Source: Leucoraja erinacea
Lineage: Eukaryota
DNA length: 64,000 bases
Reading direction: 5' to 3'
Assembly (NCBI RefSeq): GCF_028641065.1
Contig: NC_073389.1
Span: 28,210,001-28,274,000 of the forward strand
In this document: positions 1-12,360 of the stretch, piece after piece
Numbering within the stretch: position 1 is the first letter of the stretch
Layout of the letters: every line of letters starts with the position of its first letter
Notes under the pieces: generated by a model
What the model was told of the DNA's origin: nothing
Databases searched by the model: none
Seen by the model: the letters and a program-made list of their open reading frames with translations, nothing else
Made by a program: the position numbers and the translations under genes

Positions 1-1060
1 TTTGAGACTGAGTTGAGGAGAAATGTCTTCACTCAGGAGGCTGGTGAACATGTGGAATTCTCCACTGTCGATGTCTAAGGAGGCCAATTTGCTGAACATA
101 TTTAAGAAGTAAATAGATTTCTAGATGCAAAATGCATTAAGAGTGTGTGAATCATATTGATAGATTATTCAACCTGGACCATATTAAATGGCAGAGCAGG
201 CTCCTTTTCATGAGTTCAGTGATTTGCTAGGTGACCTATAAAAAGATCTCCCATGCCTTGGGTCGTTGAGAAATAGTGGACCTCAATGTTATGGCACCTG
301 GCCATAATGCCTTTGTATTAATCCCACCTCTACCCATAGGACAAGAAAGACTGTGATAGTGGATTAAATATATCAAACAGAGAGAACGTCCCTGGTTTTC
401 CTTTTATCTGACATACACATTTTTAAATATGGCAGATGGTGACCTCACTTAAATGTTTACACATATAGCCAATGTTTGCCTGGATCAGGAAGCCTAGCAG
501 TAAAATAGTGAGCTGGATCCCTCTTTTAATATTCTTAGTGAGCTAGAGGGAAGAGTCCTCCAGACTATATGGCCTCACCCTCTAGCATATTCTGTATAAT
601 ACCCCATCTCCAATCTTGCTGACAATCTGTATCCCCTCCAAACCAAATCCTAATCATTGTGGACTATTCTCAAGACCTGGGCTACAACCTTTGGATGCCG
701 ATTCTCATACCTTATTAGTATAGCAAATTGGCTGACTGACAAACTAATCAGGTGGCAATTAACGGGATAACTGTCTCTGTAAATATCAGTGTCAATTAGA
801 TTTTGACACAATTTAAACCTGTAGCAGAGATTTGACTGCAACTTCAGAATCTCATCCTGTTGGCTTGGAGGTAAATCTTTACCTATGAGAATCCACAAAC
901 ATACTACTAAAATGTAACTTGCTTTCAATTTTTCCTAAGTAAAAGTCACCATTTTCAAAAGTAGAAGCCGCAAAGCTTTGGTGCAAATTCTGCTTTAGAT
1001 GGGAAAACATTTCTGCAAGAAAAAAACAAGAGTTGTATGGGAAAACATGCATCCACTCAC

Positions 1061-1178
1061 TTGTTGGAATATGGACAATTCTCACTGCACTGTCTGTCGT
1101 ATTTACGTGCTGTCCCCCAGCTCCTTTGGCACGAAATGTATCAATCCTCAGATCATTGGCATCTACTTGAATATCTAC
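1061..1178 (-). CDS. MTRF1: MTRF1 coding exon 6 (118 bp, GGQ catalytic motif)
   Basis: ctctgtattag| [39 protein letters not shown]+A |gtgagt. Missed as a full ORF by the ORF track. Confidence 0.95.
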
Positions 1179-2181
1179 CTAATACAGAGAGCAGATCATT
1201 AGCTATTTCAGGTTTCCAAGTACTAACAATTCAGTTTGCACAACAATTTTAGAAGACTAAATTTAGTTTAGTTTAGTTATGCAGCGTGGAAACAGGCCCT
1301 TTAGCTCACCGACCCCCACACATTAACACTATCCTACACACATGAGGGACAATTTCCACCAACACCAAGCCAATTAACCTACATACCTGTATGTCTTTGG
1401 AGTGTTTAGTTGAACAAGATTCAAGAGATTCAAGAACGTTTATTGTCATGTGTCCCTAGTAGGACAATGAAATTCTTGCTTTGCTTCAGCACAAGAAAAC
1501 ATCTGGGAGTTATGAAATATAGTGCTGGGGAAACACAAATTGGATATACAATCCACTAGTGGCATGAGTGGACATCACAATTGTGACTGGAGACAGCTCG
1601 TACCAATCATGTGGAACTACAGATCACTTGTCGTTGGTTTGGAATTCAGGATAACAAGTTCAAGTCCTTTTCAGGAAGTAAAATCAGGGCAGTACTTCCA
1701 TAGTAAAAAGCAAAGTCCCAAAGAGTGTTGCAGGACAGAGAGATCCAGGATACAGGTGCATAGTTCCCTGCGACACAGATAGACAGTGTGGTGAAGAAGA
1801 TGTGTAGGAACATCAGATGCTGGTTTAAACCGAAGATAGACACAAAAAACTGGTGTAACTCAGCGGGTCAGACAGCATCTCTGGGGAAAAAGGAATAGGT
1901 TACGTTTTGGGTTGAGACCAATCTTCAGATCCAGTCAGAAGAAGGGTCTTGATGGTCACCCAATGATATGAACACTGAATTATCCAGTCAAGAACACCAG
2001 TTCTACGTCCCACACACTAGAGGCAATTTACAGAATCCAATTAACATACAATCCTGCACGTCTTTGGAAAGTGGGAGGAAACTGGAGGATCTGGAGAAAA
2101 CCTGTGCAGTCACAGGGGGAACATACAGACTCTGCACAATCTCTCTTCAACAAACAGCAATTACTAATTTTTAAAGTAACA

Positions 2182-3446
2182 CTAGACTAAGTGGGACCCG
2201 TTAGGTCCCTCTCACACAGGAGGCTTGGTCCCCCAACGCAATATTCCACCACTCACCCATAGTCCCCAACCGCACAAGCGCAGCTCATTCCCTCTTCCCT
2301 AGCACTCGCTCCCTCTCCTCTTCACCCTCACTCTTCTTTCCCCTCTCCTCCTCCCCTCCCAAATCCTTCCCTCATCTCTCTCTCTCCCTCTCCTTTCCCC
2401 CCTCCCTCCATAATTCCTCTCCAATCCCTACCCCCCATATCTCTCCATTCCTCATCGCCCCTACTCCTCACCTCCCCATCCCTCACCTCCCCCCACTGCC
2501 CTCCTCGGCCTCTATTCCCCACTCCCTACCCCCCCTCTACTTCCCCCTTCTCTACCTCTATTCCACCTCCTTCCCCACTCCCTCCTCCGTCTTCTTTTCC
2601 CTCTCCTCCTACCATCCCCCAATCCCTCTCTCACCTCTCCATTCCCCTACCCTCAGTCACTCCCTCCCACCCTCCATAACTCTACTCCCATCCTCTCCCT
2701 CTATCCTCTCTCCACCCCCACTCTCCCTCCCCAGGATCTCGAGGTTGCCGCTCCTCCCCCTTCTTGCGTTCCCTGGAGGAGCATCAGCTGTCGGCGCGAA
2801 TCCTCGGCTCGGCCTGGCCCAGAAGCACCAGCAGTAACGGCCGTGCCGGCGTGTGGTGGTGGGGGTGGGGCGGAGCGGAAGAGCTCGGAGAAAAGATGAG
2901 GGAAGAGCCATGGAGTATTATCACGGGGAGGGGGGGGCAGGAGCTAACGAGGGGGACCAGGGGCTGGAGCTGCGAAAGCGGTGCGTTTGGGACTCACAGC
3001 GGGCAATGGACGCTCTCCACCGCCAGGATCAGACGCTCCACTTTCCGTTCGGCGACATCTCCGACTCCAATCGGGGCCGCTTCTGGTCCCTCAAAAAATG
3101 GTGTGCGGTTGGAGACCTCCACTGGCCATCCTCAGCTCCAGTAAAGGACACGATGGCACAGGAAGGGGTGGACCGTCCCGGGGAGTGACAGGAGTAATGA
3201 CCAATTCGCGCGGCGCTGACTGGCAGGAGAGGAGATCGATCTCCACACGCGCAGTTTTTGCGATTTTTAAACCTCGCTAATTTTTACAATATACTACCGA
3301 TCGGAACGAAACTTGGTGCACTCGCAGCACAGGAGAACGGTGAGTGAGCTGACGTAAAATCATAGCGCTATCACGTACCGTTTTTGCGCAAATAGAAAAA
3401 CTGCAAACCGGAAGAGCACAAGATCAGAGTTTTAGTTATGTACAGA
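2182..3446 (-). mobile_element. Complete non-autonomous Helitron-like element
   Basis: On the minus strand it starts TCTGTACATAACTAAAACTCTGATCTTG and ends in a GGGACC...GGTCCC hairpin followed by ACTTAGTCTAG. It is inserted between A and T with no TSD and has an internal CT-rich tract. Confidence 0.75.
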
Positions 3447-3663
3447 TTAGTGAAATCTTTAATTGGTATTTGGGGACTTGGGGAAAGATTGTGAATACAG
3501 AAAGATCACAGATCAGATACAGTTTTATTGAATGGTGGAACAAGCCTGATATTGTAAGAGGCCTCTTGCTGTATTCCTATGTATTTGACCCCAGCCATCC
3601 CTCCCTTCCCCCCACCCCATCCAGGTCTTCATATATTAAACAAAGTAGTATGTCACCGCTCAC

Positions 3664-3836
3664 CTCATCAATCTGTGGTAGAACAATAACAGCCATGGTT
3701 CCAGTGTGGATACGTTGCATCCGTGATGACAGGCCTACTTCAGGAATCCTCTGAACTCTGTGGGTTCCACCTTCCTGTCTTAAGAACCGATAAGCATTCT
3801 CCCCTGAAATATATGCTGAGGCATGGTGCAATCCTC
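3664..3836 (-). CDS. MTRF1: MTRF1 coding exon 5 (173 bp, codon-recognition loop)
   Basis: cttttag| GGLHHASAYISGENAYRFLRQEGGTHRVQRIPEVGLSSRMQRIHTGTMAVIVLPQIDE |gtgag. The PEVGLS motif identifies MTRF1 rather than MTRF1L. Confidence 0.96.
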
Positions 3837-3893
3837 CTAAAAGAAAAACGTAATATACAGGTATCATCTGCAGTCATCGGCAATAACGGACAC

Positions 3894-4850
3894 TAGCACT
3901 TTGTGTCGCTTCACTTTAAAATTAGGCGTGGTTACCGTGGGCCTTCCTTCACTCTCACCTGCTGGTGCTTCCAAGGTGGTGTTTGTCAGCCAATCTGGAG
4001 GTGGAGGAGGAGGGGGGTTGGGGGAAGAGGCCGACTGGACAGAGCATCGGGAGAGGCAGGTGGCGGTGGTCGAGCGCGGAGCGGATAAAGCTACTGCCGT
4101 CCACCTTACGAGTCGGGAGTGATGGGTAGATACAGAAGCCGGAGCTCTAAATGGCAGGGGAGACAGTGGGAGCTGGGACTTCTGCTCTCTCCCCCTCCTT
4201 CTCTCCTTTCATGCATTATTTCTCGAGTTATTAATCAAAATGTTCACAAATCTGAAATAACTTAGAAAATAAAACTGCTGGCTTTGGCTGATGACGCAAT
4301 GACATCACAATGGCTGCACGCTGTGTTCACGCGCTGCAAGTCCCAGTCCTGGTGTTCACAAATCTGAAAGACCTTTGTAAAAAAAAACCTGCTGTCTTCT
4401 TGCTCGCGCTGCGAGTGACGTCACCGCCCCCGACCACTCCCCCCGTTCTCGGGCCCTGCCTGGAGCTGTCAGCAAGGGAGTATTGCGTTCGGGAACCAGC
4501 CCTCCCCACTGATGATGCGTGATCCCACCCCTCAAACTCTACCCCTTCCCTCTCTGCCCCCTCACGCTCCCTCTTGCCCCCCCCCCCCACCCTCTGTGTC
4601 CCTCTCTGTGCCTCTGTGTCCCTCTCTCTCTACCCCCCCTCCCTCTCTAGCCACGCCTGCGAGTTGGGGGCTATGCGTGAGTGAATAGGGCAAGGAATGG
4701 GGTAAAAGGAGTGAATGAATAATATCAATGGGCGTGGTTAGTGTGTGTGGGGGGTTGGTTAGTGTGTGTGTGTATGACGCCGCAGGCCGACCCCTCTCCC
4801 CGCAACTACGCGTTGAGAGGACGGGACCCAACGGGTCCCACTTGGTCTAG
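3894..4850 (+). mobile_element. Helitron-like element, 3' part (5' boundary uncertain)
   Basis: Ends GGGACCCAACGGGTCCC-ACTTGGTCTAG at 4850. The internal tgacatcacaatgg motif is shared with 6283-6700. Confidence 0.6.
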
Positions 4851-5276
4851 TATATAACTAAAACTCTGATCTTGTTATCTGCAGGTTTGCGTTGTACCTC
4901 TATTTGTGCAAAAACGGTACACGAGTAGGGGAGGTGTGGCGGATACAGAGATCGGAGGGAGGGGGGAGAGGGGTTATGGAGGGAGGGGGGAGGGTATGGG
5001 GACAGGAGAGGGAGGGATAGGTGAGGAAAGGAATGGGAGGGGGAGGAGGAGATGGGGAAAGAAGAGGGAGGAGGGGGAGAGAGTGCTGGGGGAATGAGGG
5101 GAAATGAGCCGCGCCTGCGCAGTTGGGGGCTATGGGTGAGTGGTGGAATATTGCGTTGGGGGAACGGGTTGTTGGGGGAACGGGTGAGTGGTGGAATATT
5201 GCGTTTATGGAACGGGTTGCGTTGGGGGACCAGGCCTCCCGTGTGACAGGGACCCAATCAGTCCCACTTAGTCTAG
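4851..5276 (+). mobile_element. Internally deleted Helitron-like element, same family as 2182..3446
   Basis: Starts tatataactaaaactctgatcttg and ends gggacccaatcagtcccacttagtctag|t. Both ends are reverse-complement matches to the 2182..3446 copy. Confidence 0.72.
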
Positions 5277-5767
5277 TGATTTATTAATTCCATAAGGAGA
5301 ATTTATGTTACCCGATCACCTGTATTACACACATGGTTAAAAGAAGGTCTATACCAAGGAATTCAATATCCATGGTGTAAAATCCTGAGGCAAGACTGGG
5401 AAGTAGGTAAAAGAGAATGCATCAATGCAATATTAATGAAGTAGTCCACGACTACAGTAGTGAGAGAGTATATGCTCCCTCAAAAGACTAAGGAAGTTCA
5501 GCACGAATCCAACGACTCTTATCAACGTCTACAGCCTTGCAGTTTAGTCAGGCCACAACTCTGCCCAAGACCAGAAGAAACTGAAAGAGTCATAGATTTA
5601 GCTGAGACCATCAAATGGTGCATGTGATGAGAAAATGCCAATATCAATCTGAGAAGGAGTATGAATTTGGCGAAGCACATGGCCAAGGTATTAACCGAAG
5701 ACGTCTTTGCGAGGGATGAACTCCAGACCTCCAAAAAGACAGCAGGAGAGTGAGGGACAGATAGATA

Positions 5768-5813
<46 letters not shown>

Positions 5814-6090
5814 GTTGTGAGGTGCCATTTGAGAAGAGCTGAATCGTCATTTATTATCGACTGGAAATGTTTCCATTGATGCTGGTGTTTTGAGGCCAGG
5901 TTGATGGAGGTACAAAATCATTCATCACTAGTGTGCTCAGTATATTATTTTATTTATATTTACTTTAAGGTTTGTTATCTAACTAAATTATCTCAATATC
6001 TAGCTCCCCCCCCGGGGGGGGGGCCGCAGGAATCACTGTCAACTTCACTCATGCCTACCATTTTGTTATAATCAAAGGAAATCAGTTTAC

Positions 6091-6198
6091 CATAGTCAGC
6101 AGGCGTGTAGTTAAGTACTTCAAACTTCCAGTTCTTGTACTCTGCATAATTCTTGTACATATCATAAATCTCCCTTGTAAACTGCTGGCATATATCAC
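6091..6198 (-). CDS. MTRF1: MTRF1 coding exon 4 (108 bp)
   Basis: ttttcag| GDICQQFTREIYDMYKNYAEYKNWKFEVLNYTPADY(G) |gtaaac. Close match to the MTRF1 PCRF domain. Confidence 0.95.
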
Positions 6199-6282
6199 CT
6201 GAAAAGAACAAGAAAATTCAATGAAGCAATGCCTGAGAACACCACTGTTGTTCTTCCTGATTTTGTCATCTTTTTGATTCCA

Positions 6283-6700
6283 TCTATCTATATATTACTA
6301 AAACTCTCATCTTGTTTGTTTGTTTGTATGCGTGCGCGTGAGATCCCAAAACCCCGCCAAAACGGTACACGATAGTGCTACAATTTTTGGCCCACCTTAC
6401 TCACTGTCCTGCGATGTAAATGAAGCCAGTTTCGTTCCAATTGATGGTATATTTTACACGTTATTGACATTTTAAACTTTACAAAAATCATTTTTCAAAC
6501 CACTTTTCCACTTGCCCTGCCCGTCAGCCGCGTTCGACGTCACAATGATGTCACAATGGGATCCCAAATCTCATTTACATTAAAAAACCACGATTTAAAA
6601 AAACAAACTGTTTTAATCAAATTTGTCCGTTTTAGCTAACAGCTAACATTGTGTTTAGATTATTTAAAAGAAAAAACACAATTTTCATTGAGAATTTCAC
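6283..6700 (+). mobile_element. Helitron-like 5' fragment
   Basis: a|TCTATCTATATATTACTAAAACTCTCATCTTG...aaaacggtacacgatag matches the family 5' end. Confidence 0.55.
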
Positions 6701-6709
6701 TTAAAACTC

Positions 6710-7460
6710 CAACATTTTCGCCACCTCCAACGGGATCCCACCACTGGCCACATGTTCCCATCTCCACCCCTTTCTGCTTTCCGCAGAGACCGTTCCCTCC
6801 ACAACTCCCTGGTTAACTCGTGCCTTCCCACCCAAACCACCCCCTCCCCAGGTACTTTCCCCTGCAACCGCAGGAGATGCAACACCTGTCCCTTTACCTC
6901 CCCCCTCGACTCCATCCGAAGACCCAAACAGTCTTTCCAGGTGAGGCAGAGGTTCACTTGCACCTTCTCCAATTTCATCTACTATACTCACTGTTCCAGG
7001 TGTCAACATCTTTACATCGGTGAGGCCAAGCACATGCTTGCCGATCATTTCACTGAACACCTCCGCTCAGTCCGTCTGAACCTACCTGATCTCCCGGTTG
7101 CTTAGCATTTCAACTCCCCCTCCCATTCCCAATCTGACCTTTTTGTACTGGGCCTCCTCCATTGTCAGAGTGAGGCCCAACGCAAATTGGAGGAACAGAA
7201 TCTCATATTTTGCTTTGGGAATTTACACCCCAGCAGTATGAACTTTGACTTCTCTTACTTTAAATAGCCCTTGCTTTCCCTCTCTATTCCCTAACCCTTC
7301 CCAGTTCTCCCACCACTCTTACTGTCTCCGACTATATTCTATCTTTGTCCCATCCACTCCCCTGATATCAGTCTGAAGAAGAGTCTCGATCCAAAACGTC
7401 ATCCATTCCTTCTCTCCGGATGCTGCCTGCCTCACTGTGTTACTCCATCATTTTGTGTCT
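6710..7460 (+). mobile_element. Penelope-like retroelement 3' fragment (GIY-YIG endonuclease remnant and terminal repeat)
   Basis: HFRHLQRDPTT...AFRRDRSL...CNRRRCNTC...FTC...CSRCQHLYIGEAK...EHLRSV, followed by the terminal ctgaagaag...aaacgtc repeat. Confidence 0.8.
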
Positions 7461-8210
7461 AGAGGGAAGATACTTGCATTGACAGAAGATTGGCTGAATG
7501 GCAGATGGCAAAGAATGGGAATATAGGGGACTTTCTCTGGTTGGCTGCCAGTGACTAGTGTAAGGGTCAATGTGGGTCCACTTCTTTTCACGTTGTATAT
7601 TAATGATTTTTATGATTGAATTGATGGTTTTGTGACCAAGTTTGCAGATGATACACAGACAAGTGGAGGGGCAGGTAGTGTAGAAGAAGCAAGGAGTCTG
7701 CAGAAAGACTTGAACAGGTTGGGAGAGTGGGCAAAGTGGCAGATAAAATACAGCATAGCAAAATGTGTGGTCATGCACTTTGGTAGTAGGAATAAAGGCA
7801 TAGTCTATTTTCTAAATGGGGAGAGGATTCAGAAATCGGAGGTGCAAAGAGACTTGAGAGTACCAAAAGGATTCTCAGAAGGTTCATGTGCAGGTTGAAT
7901 CGGTAGTAAGGAAGGTAAATGCAATGTTAGTATTCATTTTGAGACGACTAGAGTATAAAAGCAGGGATGTAATGTTGAGGCATAATAAGGTACTGGTCAC
8001 ACCGCCTTTGGAGTATTGTGAGCAGTTTTGGGCCCCATATCCGAGGAGGGGTGTGCTGGGGTTGGAGAGGGTCCAAAGGAGGTTTACAAGAATTATTCCA
8101 GGGATGATTGGGTTAATATATGATGAGCGACTGATGGGTCTGAACCTGCACTTGCTGGAGTTTAGAAGGATAGGGAGTGGAGACCTCATTGAAACTTACC
8201 AAATAATGAA
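7461..8210 (+). mobile_element. CR1 LINE reverse transcriptase fragment (degraded)
   Basis: KFADDT motif, LEYCEQFWAP and ERVQRRFTRIIPG, with frameshifts. Confidence 0.85.
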
Positions 8211-9341
8211 ATTTGGGGTCTAGCCTGCCTTTCGTATACAAGGCCATCGAGGAGACAGTAAGCATCAGTCAGCAGGGTGAACTCTGGACAATTTATTTTG
8301 ACATCACCAGCTGTATCCCAACCATCTCCTTCCATGATGAATGCTGCCAATCATGAGATTCAGCTCCTGACCCGATAAAAGTGTCTCAAGCAACAATATA
8401 TTGAGGTACTAAACAAATAATTTGCACCAGTTTTCACCAAGAAGGAGGACATGGAGGACAGCGAGATCAGTGTGGAGAATACTAATATGCAAGGGCAGTG
8501 TGAGATTATAGAGGTGTTGTAGGGGCTCTTGAAGAGCATTAAATGGATAAATCCACAGGACCTTATGGGATCTATCCCAGGTTATTGAGAAGGTCAAAAG
8601 AGCCTGAGGGAGCTTTGACAAATAATTTTGCATCTACTCTAGCCACAGGTGAGATCCCAGAGGACTGCAGAGTAGCTAATGTCCTTTATGTATAAAGTGA
8701 GGAACCAGGGAATTATAGGCTGGTGAGCCACACGCCAGTGGTTGGGAAATGACAGCAGAGGATTAATCGAGTTTCCACGAGTAGTAGCTCTACTCAATAA
8801 CCAAAAAATCTGTAGCCTCCTTGTTCTCTGGTATTTTATTTAATTCACATGTTTAATCAATGTTTTATTATTAATGTTTAATGTTTTATGTATCATTCTT
8901 AACTGTCACTGTATGTCATGTTGTCACTTGCAGGCGGAGCACCAAGGCCAATTCCTTGTATGTGAATACTTGGCCAATAAACGTATTCATTCATTCATTG
9001 GGATAGGACTTACTCCCATTTGGAAGAGAATGGGTTAATTAGGGACATTCAGCATGGCTTTGTACGCTGCAGGTTGTGTTTTGCTAACTCGATTGAGTTT
9101 TTTTTAAAGAGGTGATTCACTGCCAGGGGTGGTGGTTGAGATGGATATGATAGTGGCGTTTAGGAGATTTTTGGTTAAACGTATGGATATGCAGGGAATG
9201 GAGCGGTATGGACTGTGTGCAAGCGATAAGAGTTGGTCCTGGCATGATGTTCAACACAGACATTGTAGGCTGAAAACTGCTGCACTGTTTTATGTTCTGT
9301 GTTCTAATATATAATGGTGATTGGCTTGTGCAAATTCTCAC

Positions 9342-9423
9342 CTCCTGTAGTTCTTCCGGCTGTCACCTCAAGAATCACGTTACTTTTGTCATGTTCATCT
9401 CTTTGTACCAGAGTGTGAAGAAG
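9342..9423 (-). CDS. MTRF1: MTRF1 coding exon 3 (82 bp)
   Basis: catcttcag| LLHTLVQRDEHDKSNVILEVTAGRTTG(G) |gtgag. Contains the MTRF1-specific RT insertion (AGRTTGG). Confidence 0.93.
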
Positions 9424-9525
9424 CTGAAGATGTAGAGAGTGAAGCATGAAAAGTATAAATGCTAACACACCATAAGCTAACTGTACCATTTATGAAGACC
9501 TTTCAAGCTACGTTTTTGAACTCAC

Positions 9526-9617
9526 CTTCCCCTGCAACACTTCAATGTTTTTATGGAGCTGCTGACGTTCTTCAAACACCAACTGTATTAGTTCCTGGTC
9601 AGCTCTGCCTTTCACAC
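9526..9617 (-). CDS. MTRF1: MTRF1 coding exon 2 (92 bp)
   Basis: Acceptor tttccttgttag|; reads (S)VKGRADQELIQLVFEERQQLHKNIEVLQGK; donor |gtgag; phases match both neighbours. Confidence 0.88.
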
Positions 9618-9968
9618 CTAACAAGGAAATGTTTATGAAACTAAAACAAACAATTGTTAAAAACTAAAACTAAAATTAGATTTGTTTTCATTGTCTAAAC
9701 TCGCAATTTCTCTGCTAGACAGCCAAACTACATATCTGGGACATCAGCATGAAGGGATTTCAGTAGAGAATGTGTGTACAGTAACTTGAGCATCCAGTGG
9801 TCAGTATCTGCTCAGCAGTAATTCTTTTCCTCTCACTTTTTTATTTATTCCTCACTGTGCAGCAAAATATATCTTGGGGTCAAGTTCATGGTACCCTGAA
9901 AGTGGCAACACAAGTAGATAGAGTGGTTAAGAAGGTATGCTTGCTTTCATTAGTCAGGGTAATAACTA

Positions 9969-11578
9969 CAGTGCCCGCAATAATGTTTGGGAGAAATGAT
10001 GGCCATCCATAATGTTTGGCTATCATTTATTTATTTATTTGCCTCAGTATTCCACAATTAAAAGAAAAAAAATCGCATGTGTTTAATGTGCACATTGTCA
10101 GATTTTATTAAAGGGTATTTTTATACATTTTGGTTTCACCATGTAGAAATTACAGCTGTGTTTATACATAGTCCCCCCATTTCAGGACACCATAATGTTT
10201 GGGACACATGGCTTCACAGGTCTTTCTAATTGCCTCCTTAATGCAGGTATAAGAGACCTCTCAGCACTTAGTCTTTCTTCCAGTCCTTCCATCACCTTTG
10301 GAAACTTTATTGTTGTTTATCAACATGAGGACCAACGTTGTGCCAATGAAAGTCAAAGAAGCCATTATGAGACTGAGAAACAAGAATAAAACTGTTTGTG
10401 ACATCAGCCAAACCTTAAGCTTACCAAAAATCAATTGTTTGGAACATCATTAAGAAGAGAGCACTGGTGAGCTTACTAATTGCAAAGGGACTGGCATGCC
10501 AAGGAAGACCTCCACAATGACAGAAGAATTCTCTCTATAATATAGAAAAATCCCCAAACACTTGTCTGACAGATCAGAAACACTCTTCAGGAGTCGGGTA
10601 TGGATTTGTCAATGACCACAGTCCGCAGAAGACTTCATGAACAGATATACAGAGGCTACACTGCAAGATGCAAACCACTGGTTAGCCGCAAAAATAGGAT
10701 GGCCAGGTTACAGTTTGCCAAGAAGTGCTCAAAAGAGCAACCACAGTTCTGGAAAAAAAGGTCTTGTGGACAGATGAGACGAAGATTAACTTGTATCAGA
10801 GTGATGGCAAAAGCAATGGAGGAGAAAAAGAACTGCCCAAGATCCAAAGCATACCATCTCATCTGAGAAATATGGTGGTGGGGGTGTCATGGCCTGGGCA
10901 TGTATGGCTGCTGAAGGTATTAGCTCACTTGCCTTCATTGATGATACAACTGCTGATGGTAGTAGCATAATGAATTCTGAAGTGTAAAGACACATCCTAT
11001 CTGCTCAAGTTCAACCAAATGCCTCAACACTCATTGGCTGGCGGTTCATTCTACAGCAAGGCAATGATCCCAAACATACTGCTAAAGCTACAAAGGAGTA
11101 TTTCAAAGCTAAAAAATTGTCAATTCTTGAATGGCCAAGTCAATCACCTGATCTGAACCCAATTGGACATGCCTTTTATATGCTGAAGAGAAAAATGAAG
11201 AGGACTAGCCACCAAAACAAGATAAGCTAAAGATGGCTGCACTACATGCCTGGCAGAGCATCACCAAAGACACCCAGCAACTGGTGATGTCCATGAATCA
11301 CAGACTTCAAGCAGTCATTGCATGCAAAGGAAATGTAACAAAATACTAAACATTACTTTCATTTACATGACATTGCTGTGTCCCAAACATTATGGTGCCC
11401 TGAAATGGAGGGACCATGTATAAACACTGCTGTAATCTCTACATGGTGAAACCAAAATGTATAAAAATGGCCTTTATTAAAATCTGACTTTTTTTTCTAT
11501 TACAAATCTCAAATTGTGGAGTACAAAGGCAAATAAATAAATGATGGGTCTTTGTCCCAAACATTATGGAGGGCATTG
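9969..11578 (+). mobile_element. Tc1/mariner DNA transposon with decayed transposase and long IR/DR-type terminal repeats
   Basis: TA|CAGTGCCC...GGGCATTG ends with about 240-bp inverted termini containing inner repeats (cataatgtttgggaca). Remnant motifs KPLVSRKNRMARLQFAK, VLWTDETKINL, WPSQSPDLNPI, with multiple frameshifts. Confidence 0.88.
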
Positions 11579-11996
11579 TGTAAGGGTCAGGAAGTCATGG
11601 TGCAGCTTTAGCAGACATTTGTTAAGCCACATTTGGACTATTGCCTGCAGTTCTGGTCAGCCAATGTCAGTGACTTTGGAGAGGGTATAAAAGATGTTTA
11701 CTAGAATGCTGCCTGGATTAGGGGGTAACAGCTATAAGGAGAGGTTGGTGAGTACCTGGAACGCTGCCAGGGGTAGTGATGGAGGCAAATATGATAGTGG
11801 CATTCATGAAGCTTTTAGAAATGCAGGGAATGGAGAGATATTGTTCATGTGCAGGAAGATGAGATTAGTTTATCATAGTCATTTTTGGCTCAAACACTGC
11901 AGGCTGCAGGGCCTGTACCCATGCTATTTTTTCCATATTCTAAGGAGAAAAAACATGCAATTTTAATGAAAAATATAAAAATGAAACTTTGTTTAC

Positions 11997-12360
11997 TTTT
12001 ATACATCGATTCCAACTCCAGTAAATCTTTTTCTGATGACTGCATCTCCTCCAACAGAGGTATAAGTGGAGCCAACTGGATGTAATTCACTCCATTGTTA
12101 ATTTGTTTGTATTCTTCTTTCAAGGTCTCAATATATTTCCTCACAGCTTCCAGCTGTAGTAGCTCGTTCAAATAATGACAATGCCTTGCCAACTGTAGTT
12201 TATTTGGTCCATTTTTATTGTAATGGTTCAACAAAAGTCTGGATGTTTGCCCGTCTGTGGTCATGACTGGCTTCATCTTCTGAAATTCTCTGTAGGTCCT
12301 GAAGTGACTTGGCCTCCAAATCAAGTTGCCAATGACCCAACAAACGGACTGTTTAAACAT
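11997..12360 (-). CDS. MTRF1: Mitochondrial translational release factor 1, first coding exon (mitochondrial presequence-like N-terminus plus helical domain). CDS join: 12360-11997, 9617-9526, 9423-9342, 6198-6091, 3836-3664, 1178-1061, continuing beyond the left edge of the window
   Basis: ATG at 12360 reads MFKQSVCW...HCHYLNELLQLEAVRKYIETLKEEY...LAPLIPLLEEMQSSEKDLLELESMYK, resembling human MTRF1 (...ELAPLAAIYQEIQETEQAIEELESMCK). The phase-1 donor A|gtaaac joins in frame to the next exon. Confidence 0.88.

Noticed and set aside
2657-3280. GC-rich cluster of overlapping ORFs resembling a CpG island gene
   Set aside because: It lies wholly inside the non-autonomous Helitron and gives no recognisable protein. 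A captured fragment cannot be excluded without a search.
6000-6025. ctag followed by a C8/G10 palindrome as a possible Helitron end
   Set aside because: Homopolymer of unreliable length, with no matching family sequence adjacent.
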